From an uncultured Planctomycetaceae bacterium (GTDB lineage Bacteria; Planctomycetota; Planctomycetia; Planctomycetales; Planctomycetaceae): DNA of 64,000 nucleotides. Shown here one piece after another: positions 1 to 9,066 of the stretch. The stretch spans positions 64,001-128,000 of the forward strand of contig CAWFGE010000010.1 of NCBI GenBank assembly GCA_963815195.1, in the 5' to 3' direction. Made by a program: the position numbers and the translations under genes. The notes beneath the pieces are model-generated. The model saw only the letters and a program-made list of their open reading frames with translations, did not search any database and had not been told where the DNA came from. Positions within the stretch are counted from its first letter, which is position 1. Every line of letters begins with the position of its first letter.

Positions 1-161
1 TAAAGTACACTCTCCCAACGCAAAAAAACGGCGAAACAAGAATAGATTTCCGCGTGGAAGCGGAGGCACAACAAGCCCCGCCAAGAGGCAAAGTGGGGCT
101 TCGATGCCCGAGTGGGATTTTGACTGATGCGGGTTCCTATTCCACTACGCGGTGTTTGCTA

Positions 162-398
162 TTAAACGTCATCTCTTGATGAATATCCGTGATAATCGTC
201 AGGTTCGTCTTCGTCGTCGACTTCATCAAAAGGATCATCGTCTTCTGTAACCTTCCGCCGTTTGCGGCCATATCTTTCAGTAGGCCCACCTGAACTGCCA
301 CTACCTCGGCAAGCCGTGCAAACACCGGTTAATGATTTCGTTTCCCTGCCACAATGGATGCAAGCCCAACTTCTGTCGCCACCGTATGTTCGAGCCAT
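162..398 (-). CDS. small hypothetical protein, CxxC...CxxC (possible Zn ribbon) with acidic tail
   Basis: 78-aa ORF with CIHC-x10-CTAC and a D/E-rich C-terminus, in AT-richer DNA. Confidence 0.45.
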   Translation of the reverse strand: MARTYGGDRSWACIHCGRETKSLTGVCTACRGSGSSGGPTERYGRKRRKVTEDDDPFDEVDDEDEPDDYHGYSSRDDV

Positions 399-581
399 TT
401 TTTAACCCTTCAAACCCAAAGGTCACTAAACCAAACCATCCTATCATTGTCACGACGTAGAAACAACCAAGCTCCCGTTGTTCCGCATTGTGATTTGCTC
501 AAAACCACCTCTTCCGTGACATTTGAGACGGGAAACGAAAAAATCCAAATTGGTCCCACATAAAATCAAAATAACGGCCAG

Positions 582-812
582 ATGACGACTCTCACGAAAG
601 AACAACAACAGGCTGCGGAAAACGGCGAGCCAGTTACCGTAAATCTAAACGGCACGGAGTTCGTCATCCTTCGCAAAGACATTTTTGAACGAATCAGAGC
701 CGGCATTCCCGACGACTTGCCTACCATCGACGAGCAAAAACATCTGCTGCGGACAACCGGTGAAATGGCCGGATGGGATGATCCTGACATGGATGTGTAT
801 GATGCTTTTTAG
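582..812 (+). CDS. small hypothetical protein, possible orphan antitoxin
   Basis: 76-aa ORF; C-terminal GWDDPDMDVYD resembles small proteins I recall preceding PemK/MazF-type toxins; no toxin adjacent. Confidence 0.5.
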   Translation: MTTLTKEQQQAAENGEPVTVNLNGTEFVILRKDIFERIRAGIPDDLPTIDEQKHLLRTTGEMAGWDDPDMDVYDAF

Positions 813-815
813 AAG

Positions 816-877
816 CGCAGATTGCGCGGAAAAACGCGGATGAATGAATATCCGCGACAATCTGCGTCATCTGCGGT
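816..877. repeat. degenerate 9-mer tandem arrays in inverted orientation
   Basis: cgcagattg/cgcggaaaa/acgcggatg facing atccgcgac/aatctgcgt/catctgcgg. Confidence 0.55.
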
Positions 878-882
878 TTTAA

Positions 883-933
883 CCCCAAGCCGACGCCTTG
901 GCGTCGGTCCGACCGCAAGCGGTCGGCTTGGGT
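883..933. repeat. REP-like doublet / cruciform
   Basis: outer CCCAAGCCGAC...GTCGGCTTGGG; alternative inner hairpins CCGACGCC-TT-GGCGTCGG and CCGACCGC-AA-GCGGTCGG. Confidence 0.7.
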
Positions 934-969
934 GGAGCCTTGAAAAACTTTCCCAATTATCATGACAAT

Positions 970-3900
970 ATGCCGAATGCCGTCGATCAATCTGCTCTCA
1001 ACGAATTGCTGAATTGTCAGGCCCCCTTATTGATCGGAGTCCGGCACCATTCGGCGGCTTTGGCGCGGGCGATGCCTCTGATCTTGGAGACGTATCGGCC
1101 GGAGGTGATTCTCGTCGAATTGCCGATGGAGTTCGCGGACTGGCTGCCCTGGTTGGGTGATGAGGAACTCGTTGCGCCGGTGGCGCTCGCGGGGTGCGGG
1201 GAATCGCAGGAGGACTTGTGTTTTTATCCGTTTGCGGATTTCTCGCCGGAACTGGCGGCGATTCGCTGGGCGTTTCAGAACGGCGTTCCTGTCGAGCCTT
1301 GTGACTTGCCGATCGCGGAATCAAGTTCCCGCCACAGCCGCGAGCACCGCGAATGCGAACCGAACGGGCTGTTGGACCGCATCTTTCAGCGCACCCAGAC
1401 CCGCGATGTGGGCACGCTCTGGGAACGGCTGATCGAAACCCCCGCCGCGAGCGCATCGCCCGAATCGCTTCGGCGGTCGGGGCTCTTGTTCGGTTATGCC
1501 CTCCGCTCGAACGATCAAATTGCGGCCCGGTTCGATCGGCTCCGCGAAGCCCACATGCGAAGCTGCATCGAAGCGAAGCCCGGCCGCTGTGCCGTGGTGA
1601 TCGGAGCCTATCACGCCCCGGCCCTGCTTCCGGAACCTTTGTTGTGGTCGCCCGCGGAAGAGGAGGATGAGATTGAGCAAACGCCGGGCGAGGTGAAGAT
1701 TTCGACCGCGCTCATTCCGTACTCGTTCGATCAGTTGGATGAGCGGTCGGGGTATCCGGCGGGGATTCGCGATCCGCTTTGGCATCAGCGGGTGTTCGAG
1801 GCGGCGGATGCGGAGGACCTCGATCAAACGGTGGCGGATTTGGTGGTTTCGATTTGCCGGGAGCTTGCGAAGGCGCGGGCATCCGATGAACGCCGCCGAC
1901 GGCAAGGAAGTGCTGCGGATGGCGCGGGATCTCGGCGGCCCTGCGGAACTTCGCCGTGCCGGGGCGAGGCGAGTTAATTGAAGCGATCCAATCGTGCCTT
2001 GCGCGGGGGGAGGTGATGGGCATCGGGCGGGCGGTCGCCCAGGCGATGGAACGCGTGCTCGTCGGATCCCGGCAGGGCCAGCTACCGGCGGGCGTGCCGC
2101 GGTCCGGGTTGGGGCCGGATGTGGAGGCGGCTTTTCAGACCTTGAACCTGCCGGGACCGGAGAGTCCGCCCGGCGAAGAAAAACGCCTCCGACTCGATCC
2201 GCTCCGCAGCCGATTGGATCGCGCGCGGTCGTCACTTTGGAACGCCTGATCGCGGCGGGGATTCCCTACGGCAAACCGGCCGAGGCCCAGGACCTCGCTC
2301 ATCGGGACAACCTCACCGAAGTCTGGGACGTGTCCTGGCAGCATGCGACCGCGGCGATGATCGAACTCTCCGCAGCGCGGGGGGCGACCTTGGCTCAAGT
2401 GGCGGCGGGATCACTCTTGGCGGCGGGGCTCAATACGCCGATGGACGATTGGACGGCGGAGCAATTGACGCCGCTGTTACAGGCGGCTCGCTGCGGGTTG
2501 GGTGATCTGGTGCGGTCCGGCTTGGCCTGGCTGATGGGGCCGTTTTTATTGTCGGCGAAGCTGTCGGAACTCACGCGGGCGATGGAGTTCGTGGAGCGTC
2601 TCCGGTCCGGTCACATCCCCGGTTTGCCGGCGGAAGATGACGACGCGTTTCCGCCCTTTGTCGAAAACTTTCACGTACCCGAAACCGTGCAGACGATGCC
2701 GCTGTTGCAGGCGGCGATTGCCCAGTTGGAGGGGCTTTTGGGTTCGGAGGACATGCGGGACGCCGCCGCGGTTTTGGATTTGGTGCTCTGGTATCAGCAG
2801 CAGACGGATCAGGAGCCGGCGGTCGATGCGGGGCGGCTCGTGTGGTCGCTGCGCACTCTGGCGGATCGCGGTTCGCCCTTGATGCAGGGGACGGGCTTGT
2901 CGGCACTTATGCTGCTGGGCGTACTCGATGCGGAGGCGTTCGGCCGGCGGTTCGGGAGTTGGATCGATGGGGCGGTCGATGCCGAGACCCGGATGGATTT
3001 GAAAGCCAGACTTCAAGGGGCGGTGTATTTGTCGCTCCCGCGGTTGGCTGCGGATCTGTCTTGTCTCGACGAACCCGAACGCCGGATTGCGGCGGAAACC
3101 GACGAGGAATTCCTTTCCCGTTTGCCGGCCCTTCGGAGCGGGTTTTTGGTGCTCAGCCCGGCGGCAAGAGATCGATTACTCAAAGAGCTTCTGGAGCGAT
3201 TGCCGGAAGAAGAGGCGTCCATCGTTCCGCAGGGTTTGGACCCGCTGGTCACGGCGGCCCGGTTTGAAGCGGACGAAGCCGGCCGGAAAGCCGTCGCCGA
3301 GTTGATGCCGGAGTTGACCTGGGAAGACAGCTTAAAGCCCGCGGGTCATCTTGATGAGAAACCGCCCACAGTTCGGCCCGGCGGACAGTTGTCGCTGCCC
3401 ACGCGGTGGCGGTTGATTCTCGCCTCCGAACCCGAAAAGCTCCCGCCGATGGCGGCGCGGGCGGCCCGGGCGCTCGATGAGCTTTACGGCCGCGGCCAAG
3501 GCGAAGGAGCGCGAAGCCGGTCCGGAAGCGGTGCCGGTCAGGAAGCATCTTATCCCGGCACGCGGGAGTGGGCCGAGGACTTGGGCGACCTCTTCGGCGA
3601 AGCGGTTTGCGAGGAAGTCTTGGGCGAAGCCGTCGCCGCGGGCCGCGCCGGGCGCTTGCGCCTGTTGGAATCCGAACCGGTCAAGCCCTCGATCGAGCTT
3701 TTGGAGCAAGTCCTGTCGCTCAAAGGTTCGCTGCCCGAATCGCAGATGGAAAAGCTCCGCGGTTTCGTCAAGCGGATTGTCGATCAGTTGGTTCGCGAAC
3801 TCGCCACAAGGCTCCGGCCCGCGCTCACGGGCCTGAGTACGCCGCGCCCCACGTCCCGCCGCACTCCGCGTCTCGATCTCCGCCGCACCGTCCGGGCGAA

Positions 3901-4483
3901 TTTGCACACCGCGCGAAAAGACGACCAAGGCCGTTGGCAGTTGGTGCCGGAGCGGTTTTTGTTCCGCACGCTCTCCAAGCGGAGCATGGATTGGCACGTG
4001 ATCTTTGTGGTGGACGTGTCGGGGTCGATGGAGCCGTCCGTGATCTATAGCGCAATGATGGCCGCGATTTTTTCCGGGCTGCCGGCGATCAGCGTGCAGT
4101 TTTTGGCGTTCAGCACGGAGGTCATCGACTTCACGGAGCGCGTGGACGATCCGCTGGCGATGCTGATGGAAGTCGAAGTCGGCGGCGGCACTCACATCGC
4201 CAAGGGCCTGCGGGCGGCCCGCGAACGGCTGCGGATTCCCAAGCGGTCGATTGTGCTGTTGGTGACGGACTTTGAAGAAGGCTGGCCGGTGAGCGGCCTT
4301 TTGGCGGAGGTGCGATCTCTTGTCGATTCCGGGGTGAAGGCTTTGGGACTCGCGGCCCTCAACGACGACGGCAAACCGCGATACAACAAAGGCATCGCGG
4401 GGCAAGTCGTCCACTCCGGCATGCCCGTTGCCGCCCTGAGTCCCACCGAACTCGCCCGCTGGGTCGGCGAGCAAATTCGCTAA
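970..4483 (+). CDS. DUF5682 (YehM-like) fused to VWA (YehP-like) domain; 3 apparent frameshifts
   Basis: IGVRHHS, FYPFADFSPEL, YSFDQLDERSGYPAG; C-terminal VWA MIDAS DVSGS and GGGTHI; coding frame moves across ORFs 898, 1739, 1956 and 1994 at ~1865, ~1937 and ~2225. Confidence 0.8.
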
Positions 4484-4491
4484 GTTGGATT

Positions 4492-4610
4492 CTTGTGAGC
4501 GGTACGGCGCTAGCCGCCGGCCTTCTGTGCAAAACCGCCGGCCTTGTGAGCGGTACGGCGCTAGCCGCCGGCCTTCTGTGCAAAACCGGCGGATGTCGCC
4601 AGCCGCTCAT
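4492..4610. repeat. REP family A (GTGAGCGG-N3-GGCGCTAGCCGCCGG): two copies with 51-bp period plus an inverted copy
   Basis: direct copies start at 4492 and 4543; diverged inverted copy ~4585-4610; lies between convergent genes. Confidence 0.8.
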
Positions 4611-4613
4611 ACC

Positions 4614-5069
4614 TTACTGTCCCACCCGCGATGTCCCCGACTGAGCGTTTGCCGCGGTCTTTTCCAGCTCTTTTTTCAAGGTGTTTCGTTCCTGGGTGAC
4701 TTCCTGCAGGCGGGTGTGCAGTTCCAGAAGGGCGTTTCGCAGTGTCGGTTGGGCGAGATCGCCCGCCAGCCGGCGGATGTCGCTGCGGGCTTTGCCGACG
4801 ACCGTGTTATTTTCGAAAGAATCCAGATCGCCCACCTCGGTGAATTGATAGCCGGAGAGTTTTTTGAGCGTATCCACATCCCCGCGGAGGTGGAGGATCT
4901 CACTTTTGAAGCGGTCCGTTTGGGATTTGGTTTGGGCGACTTCATTTTGCAGGTTTCCGACGTCCCGGTACAAAATGTAGGCCCCCACCAGGCCGATCAG
5001 CGTGGTCATCACCAGGACCACGCAAACCAGTTGCAGAAACTGCGTTTGGGAGTCGGTCTGGTTCCTCAT
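4614..5069 (-). CDS. membrane-anchored coiled-coil hypothetical protein
   Basis: 151 aa; one N-terminal TM segment followed by heptad-like helices; GAGG upstream. Confidence 0.7.
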   Translation of the reverse strand: MRNQTDSQTQFLQLVCVVLVMTTLIGLVGAYILYRDVGNLQNEVAQTKSQTDRFKSEILHLRGDVDTLKKLSGYQFTEVGDLDSFENNTVVGKARSDIRRLAGDLAQPTLRNALLELHTRLQEVTQERNTLKKELEKTAANAQSGTSRVGQ

Positions 5070-5222
5070 GGCTGCGCCCTCAAGGTTGTGGGAGAATGAT
5101 TCTCTTTGGATCTTACCTCATACGCGGTTCTCTTCCAATTTCCAACGTCTCCAGCGAGGCTCCCACACACCTCTATGAGGCACAGGACTTGATCTGTTGA
5201 TTCCATCGCGAACTCGCGCCGG

Positions 5223-6822
5223 TTAGTAAATCGCGAAGAACAGGCCCGTGATGATGCCGGCGTCCACGAGGGCTCCGCGGGTGCTTCACGGCAGGCAATG
5301 CAACTGGAACGGCGCGGGATTGCCGGGCCGCTGATAGCCGAGCGTATAAATGCATTCGCACGGCGGCTTGGCGACTAACATGTAAGGCAAGAGCGGAACC
5401 CGTCCGAAGAACGCCCCCGCGGAAGCGAACGGTTGCAGACAGGGCCCGAAATTATTGCCGTAGCGCTCCAGGTTGATTTCCTGAAAGTACAGCGGCTGAT
5501 GGCAGAAATTGGTCGCGGCATATTGCACGGTTTGCACTGGCCAGGGCCGGCTTGCGCCGTTCGGTTGGGCTTGGACGCCTTGCGTTTTCAGCCACACCGC
5601 GCCGTAGTTGGTCGGAAGCGCGAGCAGGTTGCCTTCCTCGTCCCGCCGCTTGGGGGCGATCGTCACATTCACCGCCCCAATCGGCTTGTAGTCCTCGCCT
5701 AAGCCCAAACGGCTTTCCCGGACCGGAGTCGCCGGGACCGCGGTCTCGGATTCCGGCATGAGCGGGACCTGGTCGGCGGGTTCGTTCGGGAGCGGTTCGA
5801 CATCTTGTGGTTGGAGCAATACGACCTCTGTGACACCGTCGCGTTCGGAATTCCGATCGGTCGAAGAAATCGCCACGATTCCCGCGGGTTCCGGGGCCGT
5901 TTGAGTGGACCCGAGATCAAAAGCCCCTTCGGGTTCGTAAGCCGCCGGCGGCTTCGCAGGCTCCGCGGCCGCCCGCGCGAGCCTCGCTTCGCCGTTGTTC
6001 AAGGTTGGTCGCCGCGAGTTCCGCCGCCTGGCGAACCTGCGGGTGTTGATCGTGCATGGCGACCGCCAGCCCGCCAAGCACTCGCGCGGCATGCACAGGC
6101 GAGACCTCCCCCAACGAGTAAGCCGCTTGAAAACGCACGCCCGCCTCCGGGTCTTGAAGTCCTCCCAAAAGCACGTTGACGGCATCGGGGTCGGCCGGGT
6201 TGATGCGGGCGACGGCTTCGGCGATTTGCAGCTGCTCGACCGAGTTCGAGTTCGCAAGGGCTCGTTTGAGCGTGGGCAATGCGGACTTCGCCTCGGGGCC
6301 GATGTAGCCCAAGAAAAACGCCGCCAGCGGACGCAGCCCCGGCCGCGTGGAGTCCACGAGGTGTTCCAGCGTCTTCACCGCCGCCAGTCTCGATTGGGGA
6401 TCGATCTCCCAGAGCGTTTTCGCCGCGTAAGCTCGGACTTCCGGTTGCGGATCATCGAGGCATAGCGTCACGTCCACAATCGCGGACTCGGCTTCGCGGC
6501 CCTCCCAGGCGATACGGTCCAAGGCGTTTTTGCGAACTGCCGCGTCCGAACTCGACAAATCCCGCACCGCTCGATCCAATTCGCTCAGATCGGGTTTCGT
6601 GGGCTCGTGAAGCGGCGCGGATGCGTCGTTGGCGGGCGGGATGCTCGGATTCGCCGCCCAACCTGGCAACGCGGGAAACGCCGACAACAGCCCCGCCGCG
6701 AAGGCGCCCGTCCAGCCGGCCCGCATCAGCCGCCGCCTCCAAGGCGCAGGGGACCGCAATCCCGGCTCCAGAGGACGAGCTTGGATCGAACGCAGGCGAT
6801 GGGCAAAGGTCAAGAGTTTCAT
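5223..6822 (-). CDS. exported HEAT-repeat protein with a C-terminal 'LYFQEINLERYG' domain; one frameshift and one in-frame TGA
   Basis: signal-like N-terminus; HEAT repeats (LDDPQPEVRAYAA, LQDPEAGVRFQAA); frame switch ~6005; TGA at 5286-5288 followed in frame by STRGALVDAGIITGLFFAIY and TAA at 5223. Confidence 0.65.
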
Positions 6823-7217
6823 GCCGTGCTTGTCCTTGTCACGGTGGAGAAATGGCGGTGGCCCCAGCGGGGGTTTTCAATTTCCGTCGTTCCCAATCTT
6901 TGCCGTGCAAACCAAGGCAACCGATGCGGACGGAGAAAAACTGAATTTCAGTTTCAATTTCGGCCAAGTGCGACCGGAATATTCATTGCGGCGGAATCGA
7001 TCCCAACATTCGGATTATTCGTTAAAGTTTAACAGCGAAGGTGAAAACAGACTCGTCCCCGCAAACATACGCCACGCCGGACGACTTGGCAAAAACCGCG
7101 GAACCCGGCTAAACTCCGGGATAAGCCGAAGGTGATAAAGTATGGCAGACCGACCGCACCGGCTGGAAAGACCGGCTCGAAACGTCACTTTTCTCAGAAT
7201 TCTCAAAGAGATCCCAC

Positions 7218-7490
7218 ATGGCGCGCTCGAAGGAAGACCATCAACGCCAAATCATCTCGCGGTATTATGAAAACCGCGATCAAATCGATTCCCAGCGGCT
7301 GAGCGAACTCGTCACCAACCTGTACCTCGCCGACTCCGCCAAGAAACGGGACAAGCATTGGACCGTCGCCCTGGATCTCATGCAGCGGCTCAAAGTGCCC
7401 GCGAGCCGCATCGAGCACGTGATGAAGCAACGCGACCCCGCGATCCTGGCGGAAGTCGTCAACGACCTGCAGTCGGGGAAAATCCCATAG
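7218..7490 (+). CDS. hypothetical protein (helical, 90 aa)
   Basis: clean ORF with host-like GC3 bias. Confidence 0.8.
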   Translation: MARSKEDHQRQIISRYYENRDQIDSQRLSELVTNLYLADSAKKRDKHWTVALDLMQRLKVPASRIEHVMKQRDPAILAEVVNDLQSGKIP

Positions 7491-7499
7491 TGCGTCGTT

Positions 7500-7692
7500 A
7501 CCGCTGAATCTTCGGTTTAAGTCTCGGTGCCGCCTCAGCGATTCCAAGCGGGGCAGAAGTTCGAGGACGCAGGATTGCGAGTGAAATGGTGGCCGTCCCT
7601 TACCATCCTCCATCGGCTGAATCGGGCTTAAGACGTTACCCGGTCGCGAGGCTGGACTTAGCCCGGGTGAGCGGCCGGCGCCTCCGGCATGG
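7500..7692 (-). ncRNA. candidate structured RNA (possibly 6S-like)
   Basis: no credible ORF; nested complementary segments TTAAG/CTTAA, TCAGC/GCTGA, GAGGATG/CGTCCTC; loose 6S-like words (taagtcc, cctcgaac, ggcggcacc). Confidence 0.3.
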
Positions 7693-7853
7693 GCTCGTGC
7701 ATAAACTTGCAGTTGGACTGCAGCGCGTTGCATGAGGCGGACTGCAACCTGGCGGGTTTTGCGTGGTTTCGCGGGATTTTTTCTGTGAAGTTCCACGAGA
7801 AACGCCCTAGCCTTACGCAAAAAGGCGGGAGTTTCCCGATTCTTTCGGTCGTG

Positions 7854-7869
7854 TGGTATGCAGGTTGCA
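7854..7869 (+). promoter_or_regulatory. sigma54 -24/-12 promoter
   Basis: TGGTATGCAGGTTGCA with GG at 7855-56 and GC at 7867-68; palindromic TGCAGT-N3-ACTGCA at 7708-7722 as a possible enhancer. Confidence 0.6.
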
Positions 7870-7879
7870 ATGAACCTGG

Positions 7880-8093
7880 TCCATGCGAGAACACGTCGCC
7901 AAAACGGGTAACTATGAATCTCTCTTGATCGGCAATGAGGCTGACGCTCCCCTACGCACCAACCATGCGCAAAGGACTGTCGCAACTTTGGTCACTTCCC
8001 TTGTTCACCAACAGGCTCTTTCTCGCATCATGCCACGGGAGTGCCGCTCCAGGCCTTCGGCGGAGGGCCGCTCCCGCGGCATTGTGATATTTT
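7880..8093 (+). ncRNA. candidate sigma54-dependent sRNA or structured leader
   Basis: ATGCGAGAA (7883-91) pairs with TTCTCGCAT (8020-28); hairpin 8030-8082 followed by a T-rich tract. Confidence 0.4.
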
Positions 8094-8391
8094 GGAGGAC
8101 TCTCGTGGGCAGATTGCCCCCTGGGAGTCCCGTCCTGATTGGATAAAAGTACGACTTCGTTCCCGGCCTTCGCCATTCGACGACGAACGGCGGAAGTCGG
8201 TCGAGGTCACAGGTTAGAAAGAGGAATTGGAATTTGATGGAAAACCGAGACGGCACTCCCACCCCATGGCCGTCGCCCCGGTGGTCGCCTGTTCGGAGGC
8301 GCAATTCCATTTTACAATGGCATGAAGGGTCCCCGGTGCGTGTTGTGTTTCAGGGGAGTGATCGGTTCCATTTTCCTCCGTGAGAATTTCC

Positions 8392-8708
8392 ATGAAAGCC
8401 TCAACAAAACTGACCAAAGCCATTGTCGTCACCGAGACGCAATTCGAAAGGAGCTGCTCGAACATTTCAGCAAGCTGGGCATCACGGGATTTACGTGTAT
8501 GAACTGTTGGGGGCAGGGTCATCATGCGGTTTATCAAGAGCCGTTTATGGGCCATTCGCAGTTGCGAATCGAGGTGATCACCAATGAAGAAATCGCCGAT
8601 GCCATTGTGGAATATTGCAGTCAGCCGCGGTTCGACACCCACGCGGTGATCGTTTATCTGGAAACGGTGAACGTGGCCAATCCCAACAAGTTTTTGCCGC
8701 GAACATAA
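8392..8708 (+). CDS. P-II family / SbtB-like signal protein; one frameshift
   Basis: MKASTKLTKAIVVTETQFE joins ELLEHFSKLGITGFT...GQG...LRIEVIT after a shift at ~8450; PII-like pattern. Confidence 0.65.
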
Positions 8709-8720
8709 AGCCGAGAGCGC

Positions 8721-8752
8721 AAAAAAAGCTGCACGAGAGGTCTCGTGCAGCT
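8721..8752 (-). terminator. intrinsic terminator (T7 tract on the minus strand)
   Basis: AGCTGCACGAGA-GG-TCTCGTGCAGCT with A7 on the + side. Confidence 0.75.
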
Positions 8753-8758
8753 CTGTGT

Positions 8759-8919
8759 CCGCCTGAGTGGGTGGTCCAGGTTTCGCCTCAATCGGAACCA
8801 AAGGAATCTGCCAGTTGGAGTAATCCCGCCTCCGTTTGCTTGCTCGCCAAGCAAATGGCCTGTGAGGCCGGCTGGCTATTCTGGGTTCCGGTTTCTGATC
8901 CTGGACCACCCGACGGCGG
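8759..8919 (-). ncRNA. candidate structured ncRNA (long rod with three-hairpin apex)
   Basis: perfect 12-bp GGGTGGTCCAGG/CCTGGACCACCC (8769-80/8900-11); inner CGGAACC/GGTTCCG and GCCAG/CTGGC; three apical hairpins; abuts the terminator. Confidence 0.5.
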
Positions 8920-9066
8920 TTGCATTGTTTTACGGGACTCACCGCGATTTTGAAAGGCGACGCTCGCGTGCGACGCCTCGGCCCGTTCCGTGCGATGAAT
9001 CACTTCACAACTGATTTCGTTGTTGTGAAAGCCACAAGCAACACGATTCGCACGCGGTTTGAGGGG

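Noticed and set aside
4485..5099. + strand 204-aa ORF with a repeated peptide
   Set aside because: Translation of the REP tandem plus the antisense of 4614-5069
7061..7074. Minus-strand sigma54 motif upstream of the HEAT gene
   Set aside because: GG-GC spacing is off by one base
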